DNA of 64,000 nucleotides from assembly GCA_036004685.1 (NCBI GenBank), contig DASYRE010000024.1, forward strand, positions 64,234 through 128,233. The letters run 5' to 3'. A program made the translations under genes and the position numbers. The notes beneath the pieces were generated by a model, which was not told the DNA's origin, searched no databases, and saw nothing but the letters and a program-made list of their open reading frames with translations. Positions 19,769-28,978 of the stretch are shown here, one piece after another (positions within the stretch are counted from its first letter, which is position 1; the number at the start of each line of letters is the position of its first letter). This DNA comes from Candidatus Polarisedimenticolia bacterium (GTDB lineage: Bacteria > Acidobacteriota > Polarisedimenticolia > Gp22-AA2 > AA152).

Positions 19769-21274
19769 GTGAATCAGATCCTGATTGGCAAGGGGGAGGG
19801 ACCGGTCAACCTGCTCGCCAAGTACGGCAATCGCCATGGGTTGGTGGCGGGGGCCACGGGAACGGGAAAGACGGTTTCGCTCCTGGTGCTGGCGGAGGGT
19901 TTCTCGCGGCTCGGAGTGCCGGTGTTCCTGGCCGACGTGAAGGGGGACGTTGCGGGCCTCGCGATGCCTGGGGCTACCAGCGACAAGATCCGCGAGCGGG
20001 TCGCCCGGGTCGGACTGCAGGGTTACGCGCCGGAAGCCAGCCCGGTGATCTTCTGGGATCTCTATGGCAGAGCCGGGCACCCGGTCCGCACCACGATCAG
20101 CGAGATGGGCCCGCAGCTGCTCGGGAGGATTCTCGAGCTGAACGACGTCCAGGCGGGCACCCTCGAGATCGCCTTCAAGCTCTCGGACGACCGCGGCCTG
20201 CTTCTTCTGGATCTCGACGATCTGCGTGCCTTGCTCAACTTCCTTGCGGAGAGCCACAAGGAGATCTCCAGGGAGTACGGGCTGGTGAGCGGCCAGTCGG
20301 TGGCGGCGATTCAACGGGCGCTGCTGGGGCTGGAGCGCGAAGGCGGAGAGGCGATGTTCGCCGAGCCGGCGCTGGAGCTGAGCGATCTCCTCCGGGTGGA
20401 TCTCACCGGACGCGGGATCGTCAGCATCCTGTCGGCCGATCAGCTGATCCTGAAACCGCGCCTCTACTCCAGCTTCCTGCTATGGCTCCTGTCGGAGCTC
20501 TTCGAGAGATTCCCCGAGGTGGGCGACCTCGACCAGCCCAAGCTCGTTTTCTTCTTCGACGAAGCGCATCTGCTCTTCGGCGACGCCCCGCCCGCGCTCC
20601 GGCAGAGGGTCGAGCAGGTGGTGCGCCTCATCCGGTCCAAGGGAGTGGGAGTTTACTTCTGCTCCCAGTTCCCGGACGACGTGCCGGAGGAGATCCTCGG
20701 CCAGCTCGGGAATCGCATCCAACACGCCTTGCGCGCCTATACGCCGCGGGATCAGAAGGCGGTGCGCGCCGCGGCCGAGACGTTCGTGCCCAATCCGCCG
20801 CTCGACGTCGCCTCGGTCATCTCTCAGCTCGGCGTCGGGGAGGCCCTGGTCTCGACGCTGCAGGAGAACGCCGTCCCGATGCCGGTCCAGCGGACGCTGA
20901 TCTGCCCTCCGCGGTGCCGGATCGGGGCCGTGACGGAGGAGGAGCGGGCCGCCGCGCGGGCGAGGAGCCCGCTCGGCGCGAAATACGATGCCCGGATCAA
21001 CCGCGAGTCGGCCTACGAGACTCTGAGCCGCAAGGCCGCCGCTCCTCCCGCCGGGAGCGCGGCGGAGCGCTCGCCGGCGAATCAGGGATCCCCGGCCGAG
21101 GACAAGCTCCAGACCGGCGGGGCCTTGAACGACCTGCTGTGGGGAACGAAGCGCCGCCAGGGGATGGTCGAGACGATGGCGAAGCAGGCGGCGCGCACCG
21201 TCGGCAGCCAGGTCGGGCGGCGGCTCCTGCGGGGGATTCTGGGAGGACTTCTCCGAGAGCCGCAACAGCGGTAG
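19769..21274 (+). CDS. DUF853 / helicase HerA-like ATPase (YjgR-like)
   Basis: Walker A GATGTGKT, Walker B LVFFFDEAHLLF. Family normally begins near ...ILIGKG, so start placed at in-frame GTG 19769 rather than the ATG 19463 that overlaps the previous gene. Start uncertain. Confidence 0.75.
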   Translation: MNQILIGKGEGPVNLLAKYGNRHGLVAGATGTGKTVSLLVLAEGFSRLGVPVFLADVKGDVAGLAMPGATSDKIRERVARVGLQGYAPEASPVIFWDLYGRAGHPVRTTISEMGPQLLGRILELNDVQAGTLEIAFKLSDDRGLLLLDLDDLRALLNFLAESHKEISREYGLVSGQSVAAIQRALLGLEREGGEAMFAEPALELSDLLRVDLTGRGIVSILSADQLILKPRLYSSFLLWLLSELFERFPEVGDLDQPKLVFFFDEAHLLFGDAPPALRQRVEQVVRLIRSKGVGVYFCSQFPDDVPEEILGQLGNRIQHALRAYTPRDQKAVRAAAETFVPNPPLDVASVISQLGVGEALVSTLQENAVPMPVQRTLICPPRCRIGAVTEEERAAARARSPLGAKYDARINRESAYETLSRKAAAPPAGSAAERSPANQGSPAEDKLQTGGALNDLLWGTKRRQGMVETMAKQAARTVGSQVGRRLLRGILGGLLREPQQR

Positions 21275-21307
21275 CCTTGTCCTGGCCAACGCGGTCAAAG
21301 TGCGTAT

Positions 21308-23290
21308 ATGATCGGGTCTCTGAAGGAGTTTAATCAAGAGCTCGATTGTTCGGCAGAAGATTGCGGACACGGTATGAACCAGCCATTCGATGCACCCCAG
21401 AACCTCCAGGCGCTGCTCGCCTCGATCGTCTCGGCCTCGGACGACGCCATCATCGGGAAAACGCTCGAGGGAATCATCCTGACGTGGAACGCGGGCGCCG
21501 AGCGGGTGTTCGGATACACCGCCGAAGAGGCGGTCGGGAAGTCGATCCTCCTGATCATTCCTCCGGAGCGCCATGACGAGGAGCGCGTCATCCTGGAGAA
21601 GCTGCGGCGGGGGGAGCGGGTCGATCATTTCGAGACCGTCCGTGTGGCCAAGGGCGGCCGGCGGCTCGACATCTCCCTGACCAGCTCGCCGATCCACGAC
21701 GTCTCGGGACGCGTCATCGGCGCCTCCAAGATCGCCCGCGACATCACGCTGCGCAAGCGGGCGGAGGAGGGCCTGCGCGCCGCGGAGCGCCAGCTACAGA
21801 TCATCACCGAATCGCTTTCGGCCCCCGTCGCCCGCTGCAGCCGCGACCTGCGGTACGTCTGGGTCGGGAAGCGCTTTGCCGAATGGCTCCAGCGCCGCCC
21901 CGAGGAAATCGTCGGCCGCCCGATCGCGGAGGTGCTCGGCCCCGAGGCGATGGCGCGGCTGCAGCCCTATGTCGATCGCGTCCTGGCCGGCGAGGAAGTC
22001 CAGTTCGAGACGCAGATCGACTACGAGAAGATTGGCCCTCGCTGGATCAGCGCGATGTATTCGCCGACGTTCGACACCACCGGATCGGTGACCGGCTGGC
22101 TTTCGGTCGTCATCGACATCGAGGCGCGCAAGGTGGAGGAAGAGGTGCTCAAGAACGCCGATCGCCGCAAGGACGAGTTCCTGGCGACGCTGGCTCACGA
22201 GCTGAGAAACCCGCTCGCGCCGATCCGGAACTCGCTGGAGATCATGAAGCTGGCCGAAGCCGATTCCGAGGTCGCGACCAAGGCCCGCGACATGATCGAC
22301 CGGCAGGTCTCTCACATGGAGCGGCTGATCGACGACTTGCTCGACATCTCCCGCATCACGCGTAACCGGCTGGAGCTGCGCCGGCAGCGGGTCGACCTGC
22401 AAGCGGTCATCCATCAGGCGGTGGAAACCAGCCGGCCGATGGCCGAGCGCCTCGGTCACGAGATCCGCGTCCGCCTGCCGGCGGAGCCGCTCTTCGTGCA
22501 TGGCGATCCGGTGCGCCTGGCGCAGGTCTTCGGCAACCTGCTCAACAATTCCTGCAAGTACACGAAGCGCGGCGGGCGCATCGAGGTGAGCGCCGAGAGG
22601 CAGGGAGAGATCATCGCGGCGTCGGTGCGGGATAACGGGATCGGCATTTCCACCGGGATGCTTCCCCGGATCTTCGACATGTTCACTCAGGGCGACCAGC
22701 GCCTGGACCGCGCCTCCGGCGGGCTCGGCATCGGTCTGACGCTGGTGAGGCAGCTCGTCGAGATGCACAACGGGCGGGTGGACGCGAAGAGCGACGGACC
22801 GGACCAGGGGAGCACGTTCCAGGTGCGCCTGCCGGCGCTCGTCGAGAAAACGCAGGAGGGCGGCCTGGACGGGACAGCCCGCGATCGCCGGGTGGCGCCG
22901 GCGCTGCGGATTCTCGTGGTCGACGACAACCAGGACAGCGCGCACTCCCTTTCGACGCTGTTGGCGATGAACGGCAACCAGACGCGGACGGCGTACGACG
23001 GCCTGGAGGCGGTCGAGGCGGCGAAGGCGTTCCAGCCGGACGTCTTGATGCTGGACATCGGCCTGCCGAAGATGGACGGCTTCGAGACCTGCCGCCGGAT
23101 CCGCGCGCAGCCGTGGGGCAAGAACATTCTCCTCGTCGCCTTGACCGGATGGGGACAGGAGGAGGATCGGCGGCGCTCCAAGGAGGCGGGATTCGACGCG
23201 CATCTGGTCAAGCCGGTGTCGCACGCGGAGCTGATGGAGCTGCTGGCGTCCTTCGGCGCCAAGGGCCGCGCGGAGCTGGCGGGGCCGTGA
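21308..23290 (+). CDS. hybrid sensor histidine kinase / response regulator with PAS domains
   Basis: PAS-type segments, HisKA H-box (LATLAHELRNPLAPI), HATPase (GGLGIGLTLVRQLVEMHNGRV), C-terminal receiver (ILVVDDNQD...LMLDIGLPKMDGFE). Confidence 0.9.
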   Translation: MIGSLKEFNQELDCSAEDCGHGMNQPFDAPQNLQALLASIVSASDDAIIGKTLEGIILTWNAGAERVFGYTAEEAVGKSILLIIPPERHDEERVILEKLRRGERVDHFETVRVAKGGRRLDISLTSSPIHDVSGRVIGASKIARDITLRKRAEEGLRAAERQLQIITESLSAPVARCSRDLRYVWVGKRFAEWLQRRPEEIVGRPIAEVLGPEAMARLQPYVDRVLAGEEVQFETQIDYEKIGPRWISAMYSPTFDTTGSVTGWLSVVIDIEARKVEEEVLKNADRRKDEFLATLAHELRNPLAPIRNSLEIMKLAEADSEVATKARDMIDRQVSHMERLIDDLLDISRITRNRLELRRQRVDLQAVIHQAVETSRPMAERLGHEIRVRLPAEPLFVHGDPVRLAQVFGNLLNNSCKYTKRGGRIEVSAERQGEIIAASVRDNGIGISTGMLPRIFDMFTQGDQRLDRASGGLGIGLTLVRQLVEMHNGRVDAKSDGPDQGSTFQVRLPALVEKTQEGGLDGTARDRRVAPALRILVVDDNQDSAHSLSTLLAMNGNQTRTAYDGLEAVEAAKAFQPDVLMLDIGLPKMDGFETCRRIRAQPWGKNILLVALTGWGQEEDRRRSKEAGFDAHLVKPVSHAELMELLASFGAKGRAELAGP

Positions 23291-23349
23291 GCCGCGCCGC
23301 GCTCGCGGCGCCTGCCGGGAAGCTTGAGCAAGGAGTCCGGGGCGCATCG

Positions 23350-23502
23350 ATGATCCGCAAGCTGAAGTCGGGCGGCTATCGCCTCTATTCGAGGGAGAAG
23401 GATCCGCGGACCGGCCGCCGGCGCAATCTCGGCACGTTCAAGACGCGCGCCGCCGCGGAGAAGCACGAGCGCGCGGTGCAGTACTTCAAGCGACGCGCGT
23501 GA
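23350..23502 (+). CDS. small basic hypothetical protein (50 aa)
   Basis: MIRKLKSGGYRLYSREKDPRTGRRRNLGTFKTRAAAEKHERAVQYFKRRA. AAGGAG lies upstream. Protein-like rather than GC-drift composition. Highly basic. Confidence 0.4.
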   Translation: MIRKLKSGGYRLYSREKDPRTGRRRNLGTFKTRAAAEKHERAVQYFKRRA

Positions 23503-23527
23503 AGACGGCGAGCGTGACGTTTCCATC

Positions 23528-23938
23528 ATGAGATTCCTGGTCAACATCGACGTCGACGACGTGGAGAAAGCCGCCGCCTTCTACGGCGCGGCGCTCGGAC
23601 TGGAGACGGGCCGGCGCTTCGGCGGCGACGCGATCGAGCTGCTGGGCGGCTCGTCGGCGATCTACCTGCTGCGCAAGAAACCGGGCTCGCCGCCGTTCGA
23701 GGGGTCGGCTCTCACCCGCGAATATGGCCGCCATTGGACGCCCGTTCATCTCGATTTCGCGGTCGAGAACGTGGAGGAAGTCGTGGCGCGCGCCGTCTCG
23801 GCGGGCGCCCGCCTCGAAGGGGCCATCGAGGACCGGGCCTGGGGCCGGCTGGCGAGGATGTCCGATCCTTTCGGCCACGGCTTCTGCATCCTGCAGTTCA
23901 CCGGGAAGGGCTATGACGCGATCGCGGAAAGCTCATGA
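23528..23938 (+). CDS. VOC-family protein (glyoxalase/bleomycin-resistance fold)
   Basis: 136 aa. MRFLVNIDVDDVEKAAAFYGAALGLE and HLDFAVENVEEVVARAVSAGARL match the paired beta-alpha-beta-beta-beta VOC modules. Confidence 0.7.
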   Translation: MRFLVNIDVDDVEKAAAFYGAALGLETGRRFGGDAIELLGGSSAIYLLRKKPGSPPFEGSALTREYGRHWTPVHLDFAVENVEEVVARAVSAGARLEGAIEDRAWGRLARMSDPFGHGFCILQFTGKGYDAIAESS

Positions 23939-24037
23939 CGGCCGCGGGGAAGGATTCCCGGGCGCCCAGGTGCGGGCAACAAGGGGAGGATCCCGACGGC
24001 CGGGTCCTGGGAATGGCGAAGCCGAAGCGATAGGCTC

Positions 24038-24715
24038 TTGAGAAAGGAGCCCGGGGCCCGAAGCCTGCCGGCGGTGCTGGCGGCCGCGTGGATTCTTTTC
24101 TGTCCCGCCGCCGCCCAGGAGCCGCCGCGCGAAGCGGGGCGCTTCCGCCGCCCCGACCTGGTCGAGGTGACCGCGCTCGATCCGGGGATCCGTCTCGATC
24201 TTCGATACGCCACGTCCGACAACCTCACCGGCAGCCCCCTTTACCCGGTCGCCCGCGCCCTCCTCCAGCGGCCGGTGGCGAAGGCCCTCGTCCGGGCTCA
24301 TCGGCGCCTGGCGCGCGCCGGCTTGGGCATCGTGGTGTGGGACGCTTACCGCCCCTGGTCGGTCACCAAGCGGCTGTGGGACGCGGCGCCGGCCGAGAAG
24401 CGGCAGCCTCAGTTCGTGGCCGATCCGAGCGTCGGCTCGAAGCACAACCGCGGCTGCGCGGTCGATGTGACGCTCTTCGATCGCCAGACGGGAAGGGAAG
24501 CCTCGATGCCGAGCGCCTACGACGAGTTCACCGAGCGCGCCCGGGCCGATTACGCCGGCGGAGACCCCGAGTCGCGCCGGCAGCGGGACCTGCTCCGCGC
24601 GGCGATGGCGAAGGAGGGTTTCTCGGTCAACGACGCCGAATGGTGGCACTTCAACCACGCATCCTGCGGGAAATACCCGATCCTGAACCTGGATCTCGAG
24701 CGAGCCGGGCGGTGA
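24038..24715 (+). CDS. D-alanyl-D-alanine dipeptidase (VanX/DdpX, peptidase M15D), secreted
   Basis: Signal peptide. Motifs DLRYATSDNLTG, AYRPW, SKHNRGCAVDVTL, EWWHF characteristic of VanX-type dipeptidases. Confidence 0.85.
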   Translation: MRKEPGARSLPAVLAAAWILFCPAAAQEPPREAGRFRRPDLVEVTALDPGIRLDLRYATSDNLTGSPLYPVARALLQRPVAKALVRAHRRLARAGLGIVVWDAYRPWSVTKRLWDAAPAEKRQPQFVADPSVGSKHNRGCAVDVTLFDRQTGREASMPSAYDEFTERARADYAGGDPESRRQRDLLRAAMAKEGFSVNDAEWWHFNHASCGKYPILNLDLERAGR

Positions 24716-24811
24716 GGCGGGGGCGCTTGCCGCCGCCGCGAGTCCAGGAGCGCCGCAGGCGTCCCGGGGGCCCGCCCACCTCGGTGAATCAAAACCCGGC
24801 TGCGTTGCGGA

Positions 24812-25591
24812 TCAGGAGGAGGCGAGCAGGCCCCAGCGGCGGCGGATCCGGACGTCGATGAGCCCGAACAGGAAGCGATCGAGAAGCAGTCCGAAGAGGA
24901 TCGTGACCACCATGATGCCGAGAACCTGCGAGGCGTCGTTCAGCTCCCTCCCCATGTAGAGCAGGAATCCCAGCCCGACGCTCGACTTGATCAGCTCCGC
25001 GGAAACGGCGCCGTGCCAGCCGAGGGTCCAGCCGAGCTTGATGCCGGTCACGATCCGGGGAAGGGCCGCGGGCAGGATGACGCGAAACGGCATGGCGTAG
25101 GCGGGAGTTCCGAGAGTCCGCCCGGCGCGGAGGTAGATCCGGGGGATGTGCATGATCCCTTCGGCGGTCGAGATCGCGACCGCGGCGATCGAGCTCATGA
25201 TGATGACGAAATAGATGCCGCGCTCGCTCAGGCCGAAGACGAGCAGCGAGATCGGCACCCACGCCGCCGAAGGGAGCGTCTGCATCCCGAGGAGCAGCGA
25301 CTTGAGGCTGCTGTTGACGATCCGGCTCGTCCCCATCAGCACGCCGACGGCGAGGCCGATGGCGGCGGCGATCGAGAAGCCGACCGCCATCCGGTACAAG
25401 GTGGCCCGGATGCTCGGCCAGAGCATCCCTTCCCGCCCGAGCTCCCAGAGTCTCTCGCCGACGTTGAAGGGGGAAGGGAAGAGATAGTCGGGCACCAGCC
25501 TGATTTCGAAAACCGCCTGCCACGCCAGGAACAGGAACAGGTAGAAGCCGAGGACGATCAGATTCCGTCGCTTCGGTTCGGGAAGCCTCAA
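24812..25591 (-). CDS. ABC transporter permease (NitT/TauT family, SsuC/TauC/NrtB-like)
   Basis: 6 TM helices. EAA-like loop region. Overlaps the ATPase gene by 4 nt. Confidence 0.85.
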   Translation of the reverse strand: MRLPEPKRRNLIVLGFYLFLFLAWQAVFEIRLVPDYLFPSPFNVGERLWELGREGMLWPSIRATLYRMAVGFSIAAAIGLAVGVLMGTSRIVNSSLKSLLLGMQTLPSAAWVPISLLVFGLSERGIYFVIIMSSIAAVAISTAEGIMHIPRIYLRAGRTLGTPAYAMPFRVILPAALPRIVTGIKLGWTLGWHGAVSAELIKSSVGLGFLLYMGRELNDASQVLGIMVVTILFGLLLDRFLFGLIDVRIRRRWGLLASS

Positions 25592-26424
25592 GCGTTCCCT
25601 CCTTCCTCTTCCTTTTCCTTCAGCAAGGCCGCGATCCTTCCGGCGTGCTCGGCGACCTGTGGATCGTTGATGTCGCGCGGCCGCAGCAGGTCCACGGGAA
25701 TCTCGGCCTTGATCTCTCCCGGACGTCCGGTGAAGACGATGACCCGATCGCCGAGGCAGGCCGCCTCCCGCGGATCGTGCGTCACCGAGATGATCGTCTT
25801 GTTGGTGCGGACCAGGATGTCCTGCAGCTCGCCGTAGAGCTTCGCGCGGACGAGCGCATCGAGGGCGGGAAAGGGCTCGTCGATCAGCAGGATTTTCGGA
25901 TCGGGCGCCAGGGCCCGCGCCAGCGCGGCCCGTTGTTTCATCCCTCCGGAAAGCTCGTGGATCGACGATCTGGCGAACTCCTCCAGGTGGACGAGACGGA
26001 GGAGCTCCATCGCCTTCTCGCGCCGCAGGCGCGGCCGATAGCGGTATCCCGGCTCCCAGATCAAGCCGTACTTCACGTTGTCGATGACCTTCATCCAGGG
26101 AAAGAGCGCGTGCTCCTGGAACATCATGAGCCGGTCGTTGCTGGGGCCGGTCACCGCCTGGCCTTCGAGCAGGATCTCACCGGACGTGGGGGACTCGAAG
26201 CCGGCGATCAGGTTGAGGAGGGTCGATTTCCCGCATCCGGAGGGGCCGAACAGGACGACCCATTCCCCCTCCCGGATCTCCAGGGTGACCGGCTTCAGCG
26301 CTTCGACCGACTGCTGCTCGCTGTCGAACGTCTTGGTCACCTGATGCAAGCGGAGCTTGACCGGGGCGCGGGCCGCGGCGGCGGCGGGTTCCGGGAGGTA
26401 GCTGGCGTCAGGGCTCAGGGGCAT
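25588..26424 (-). CDS. ABC transporter ATP-binding protein (SsuB/TauB-like)
   Basis: Walker A GPSGCGKST, signature LSGGMKQR, Walker B ILLIDEPF. Confidence 0.9.
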   Translation of the reverse strand: MPLSPDASYLPEPAAAAARAPVKLRLHQVTKTFDSEQQSVEALKPVTLEIREGEWVVLFGPSGCGKSTLLNLIAGFESPTSGEILLEGQAVTGPSNDRLMMFQEHALFPWMKVIDNVKYGLIWEPGYRYRPRLRREKAMELLRLVHLEEFARSSIHELSGGMKQRAALARALAPDPKILLIDEPFPALDALVRAKLYGELQDILVRTNKTIISVTHDPREAACLGDRVIVFTGRPGEIKAEIPVDLLRPRDINDPQVAEHAGRIAALLKEKEEEGGNA

Positions 26425-26434
26425 GCAGCTCGAT

Positions 26435-27451
26435 TCACTCCGTGACGGCGGGCAGGTCGTGTGCCTTGAGAACCTCGTTCAGCGTCGCGAGCGCGAAGAT
26501 ACCCCGCAAATCGGGAGGCTCCTTGAGGAAGCCGATCTTGTGGGCCCCTTCGGCCGACTTGCGCAGCGAGGCGGCGATCGGGTCCCAGGTGAACTCGACG
26601 CGGCCCATCGCCTTGGCGATGACGGGATCGGACAGCGCCTTGCCGGTCTCGTTCTTCAGCTCGGCGTTCAGGATTTTCGCGGCCGCCGCCTTGTCGGCGT
26701 TGATCTTCTGGGTGACTTCCACCAAGGCCTCCAGAAGGCTCCGGATTATCTTCGGGTTCCGGGCCAGGAAGCTCTGGTTGACTATAAGCAGCGTCGTGAC
26801 GTACCGGCCGTCGGGCCACAGATCCTTCTCGTCGAGGAACAGGGCGCCGCTGCCTTCAATCTCCAGGCGCGCCAGCCACGGCTCGACCGTCCAGGCGCCG
26901 TCGATCTCCTTCTTCTGGAAGAGGGTGAGCTGGTCCGGATTGGCCAGCGGCAGGACCGTCAGCTTTCCTCCCTTCTCCTTGAGCTTGTAGCCGTGGGCAT
27001 CGAACCAGAGCCGGGCGGCCACGTCCTGGGTGTTCCCCAGCTGCGGGGTGGCGATCGTCTTACCGTTGAAATCCTTTTCCGTCTTGATGCCGGAGTCCTT
27101 GCGCAGCACCAAGCCGGCTCCGCCGCTGGCACCGCCAGCGATGACGACGAATTTCTTTCCCCTCGACTTGAGATAGCCGTTGATCGCCGGGCTGGGGCCG
27201 ACGAAGGTGGCGTCGATCGCGTCGGCGAACAGGGCTTCGATGGCAGTGGGTCCGGCGTTGAAGATGCTCCATTTGATCGGCACGCCGACCTTCTGCTCGA
27301 ACGTGCCCGTCGACTGCGCGTAGACCGCCTGGGCGTGGGTGATGTTCGGGAAATGTCCCAATCGAAGCTGGCGGGCCTCTTGCGAGAAGCCGGTCCCGGC
27401 AGACAGACCGAAAGCGAGGGCGAGAAGACCGATAATAAGCTTTCTTGCCAT
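26435..27451 (-). CDS. ABC transporter periplasmic substrate-binding protein (NMT1/SsuA/NrtA-like)
   Basis: Signal peptide MARKLIIGLLALAFGLSAG. NMT1/THI5-like fold. GGAGG RBS. First gene of a three-gene importer operon. Confidence 0.85.
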   Translation of the reverse strand: MARKLIIGLLALAFGLSAGTGFSQEARQLRLGHFPNITHAQAVYAQSTGTFEQKVGVPIKWSIFNAGPTAIEALFADAIDATFVGPSPAINGYLKSRGKKFVVIAGGASGGAGLVLRKDSGIKTEKDFNGKTIATPQLGNTQDVAARLWFDAHGYKLKEKGGKLTVLPLANPDQLTLFQKKEIDGAWTVEPWLARLEIEGSGALFLDEKDLWPDGRYVTTLLIVNQSFLARNPKIIRSLLEALVEVTQKINADKAAAAKILNAELKNETGKALSDPVIAKAMGRVEFTWDPIAASLRKSAEGAHKIGFLKEPPDLRGIFALATLNEVLKAHDLPAVTE

Positions 27452-27679
27452 ATTGTCACCTCCTGCTTTTCGCGGCGCGGGTGCACCGCCCCTTCAGCGC
27501 AATTACGAGGTCGCCTCGATCCGCAGCGGGCACATGAACTTGACGATGATCCAGCGCGAGAGCAATCCCGCTATTCTCGACCAGCCTGCGGCGGAATTCA
27601 AGCCAAGAGTCCCGAATGACATAGTTTAGGAAGCATCTTCAGGCTGGTGACCGGGTTTTCGTCCGTTTAAGCAAGCATC

Positions 27680-28978
27680 ATGCGAGTCGTTTACGGGGCA
27701 GGAAAGCTCCGGGCCCGATTGGAGGATCCGACGCACGCCTCCCGGTCGGGGAAGCCTCGAGGCTGGGAAGGGAGTCTCGGAGCCAAGGTTCTTGGCGTGG
27801 CGGTCTTCTGGACGGGCATCGGATCGTTCCTCGGGGCTCCCGGCGTGATGGGCGACGCGCTTGCCGGCGGATTGGATCGGTCGCCGGAATCGGCCGCCGG
27901 CCGATCGCCGGGCAATCGTCTCTCTTCTGCGCGAGTGTCACGCGCCTTGCAAGCGGGCGCGGCCTGCCTGAGGCGCGATCATGACGGCATCGGATTCCGG
28001 GATCCCTACCTCACTTTCGTGTATCGCGGGGAAGCTCTCCCGACTCCTCCGGGATTGCCGCCGCTGACCTATAGGCGCATCGACGCCGATTTCATCCTGG
28101 CGCTGCTGGATGGCGAGTCGCCGCCCGGTGGGGCGAGCCTCGATCCTATCCTGGGAGCGGCCGCAGCGGCCCGGCGGACGCTGGAGCGGACGGCGCCCCT
28201 CTGGCGAAGCCGTAGACTATCCAACGTCCGCCGTCAGCCGAGCCCGCAAGGGATCGCCCTGGACACCTATTGCATGGTCGGATGGCTCGCGCAGGATCGG
28301 GTCATGGCGGAGAACGTCGCCCGGGCGATCGACGGGGACGGCTGGCTTCCGCAGAATCTCTATTCCGAGGAAGAGCGCTTTCGCGCCGACGCCGACGAGT
28401 GCTGGTGCCTAAAGCTCCTGGCTTCTCCGTCGGGCCCGGGGCTGGCTGGCGCCTCCTCGGTCCTGGCACGCATCGCAGCGACCTTGCGTCGCGCCGCGAC
28501 GGGCGAACCGGGAAGCCGGGCGGCGTTCTACGAGGCCTTTCACCTGGGGATGGTCCTCGAGGAAGCGCAGCGCGCAGGCCGCATTCCCGGCGGGGGCGCG
28601 GGAAAAGGTGAAGGGGACGCGTACGGCGCGCAGGAATTGAAGCGCGAGGCACGCGAGGCCCTGCGGATCTGGGCGGACCGGCAGGCGGGCGCCTCGAGCC
28701 CCGCCCTCGTCGAATGGGCCAACCTGGCGACCTGCGAAATCCTCGACGACGAGACGGGAAAGCAGCTGAGAAGAAGGGCAGTCGAAGTGCTTCTCGAGGC
28801 GCAGGGGAAGGACGGGTGTTGGAGGCTTCGGGACGCCGAGCCGGCATCCTACGGATCGAGCTTCCTGACGCTGCGGGCGCTTCTCGGTCTGGCAGCTTCC
28901 CGGTCCGGCTTCGAGGCGTCGCGCTCCGGCGCCGCCTCCGGCCCGCCGGCGCCGAAAGCGGCGAGACCGGCCCAATAG
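27680..28978 (+). CDS. hypothetical protein (doubtful gene)
   Basis: 432-aa ORF, Ala/Arg/Gly-rich. Its 3' end overlaps the convergent CHAT gene by ~130 nt. A few protein-like stretches (GWLAQDRVMAENVARAIDGDGWLPQNLYSEEERF) but no homology recognised. Confidence 0.3.
   Translation: MRVVYGAGKLRARLEDPTHASRSGKPRGWEGSLGAKVLGVAVFWTGIGSFLGAPGVMGDALAGGLDRSPESAAGRSPGNRLSSARVSRALQAGAACLRRDHDGIGFRDPYLTFVYRGEALPTPPGLPPLTYRRIDADFILALLDGESPPGGASLDPILGAAAAARRTLERTAPLWRSRRLSNVRRQPSPQGIALDTYCMVGWLAQDRVMAENVARAIDGDGWLPQNLYSEEERFRADADECWCLKLLASPSGPGLAGASSVLARIAATLRRAATGEPGSRAAFYEAFHLGMVLEEAQRAGRIPGGGAGKGEGDAYGAQELKREAREALRIWADRQAGASSPALVEWANLATCEILDDETGKQLRRRAVEVLLEAQGKDGCWRLRDAEPASYGSSFLTLRALLGLAASRSGFEASRSGAASGPPAPKAARPAQ

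Noticed and set aside
24038-27451. Functional link between the VanX-type D-Ala-D-Ala dipeptidase and the adjacent ABC importer
   Set aside because: The genes are convergent (dipeptidase on +, transporter on -) with no shared promoter, and the binding protein is NMT1/SsuA-type rather than a peptide-binding type. Likely coincidental adjacency.
27452-27679. Possible riboswitch (e.g. TPP) in the 5' leader of the NMT1/THI5-like ABC substrate-binding protein operon
   Set aside because: The reverse-complemented leader was inspected and the conserved CUGAGA / GGGGUGC-type TPP elements or other known riboswitch cores were not found. Only an ordinary GGAGG RBS is present.
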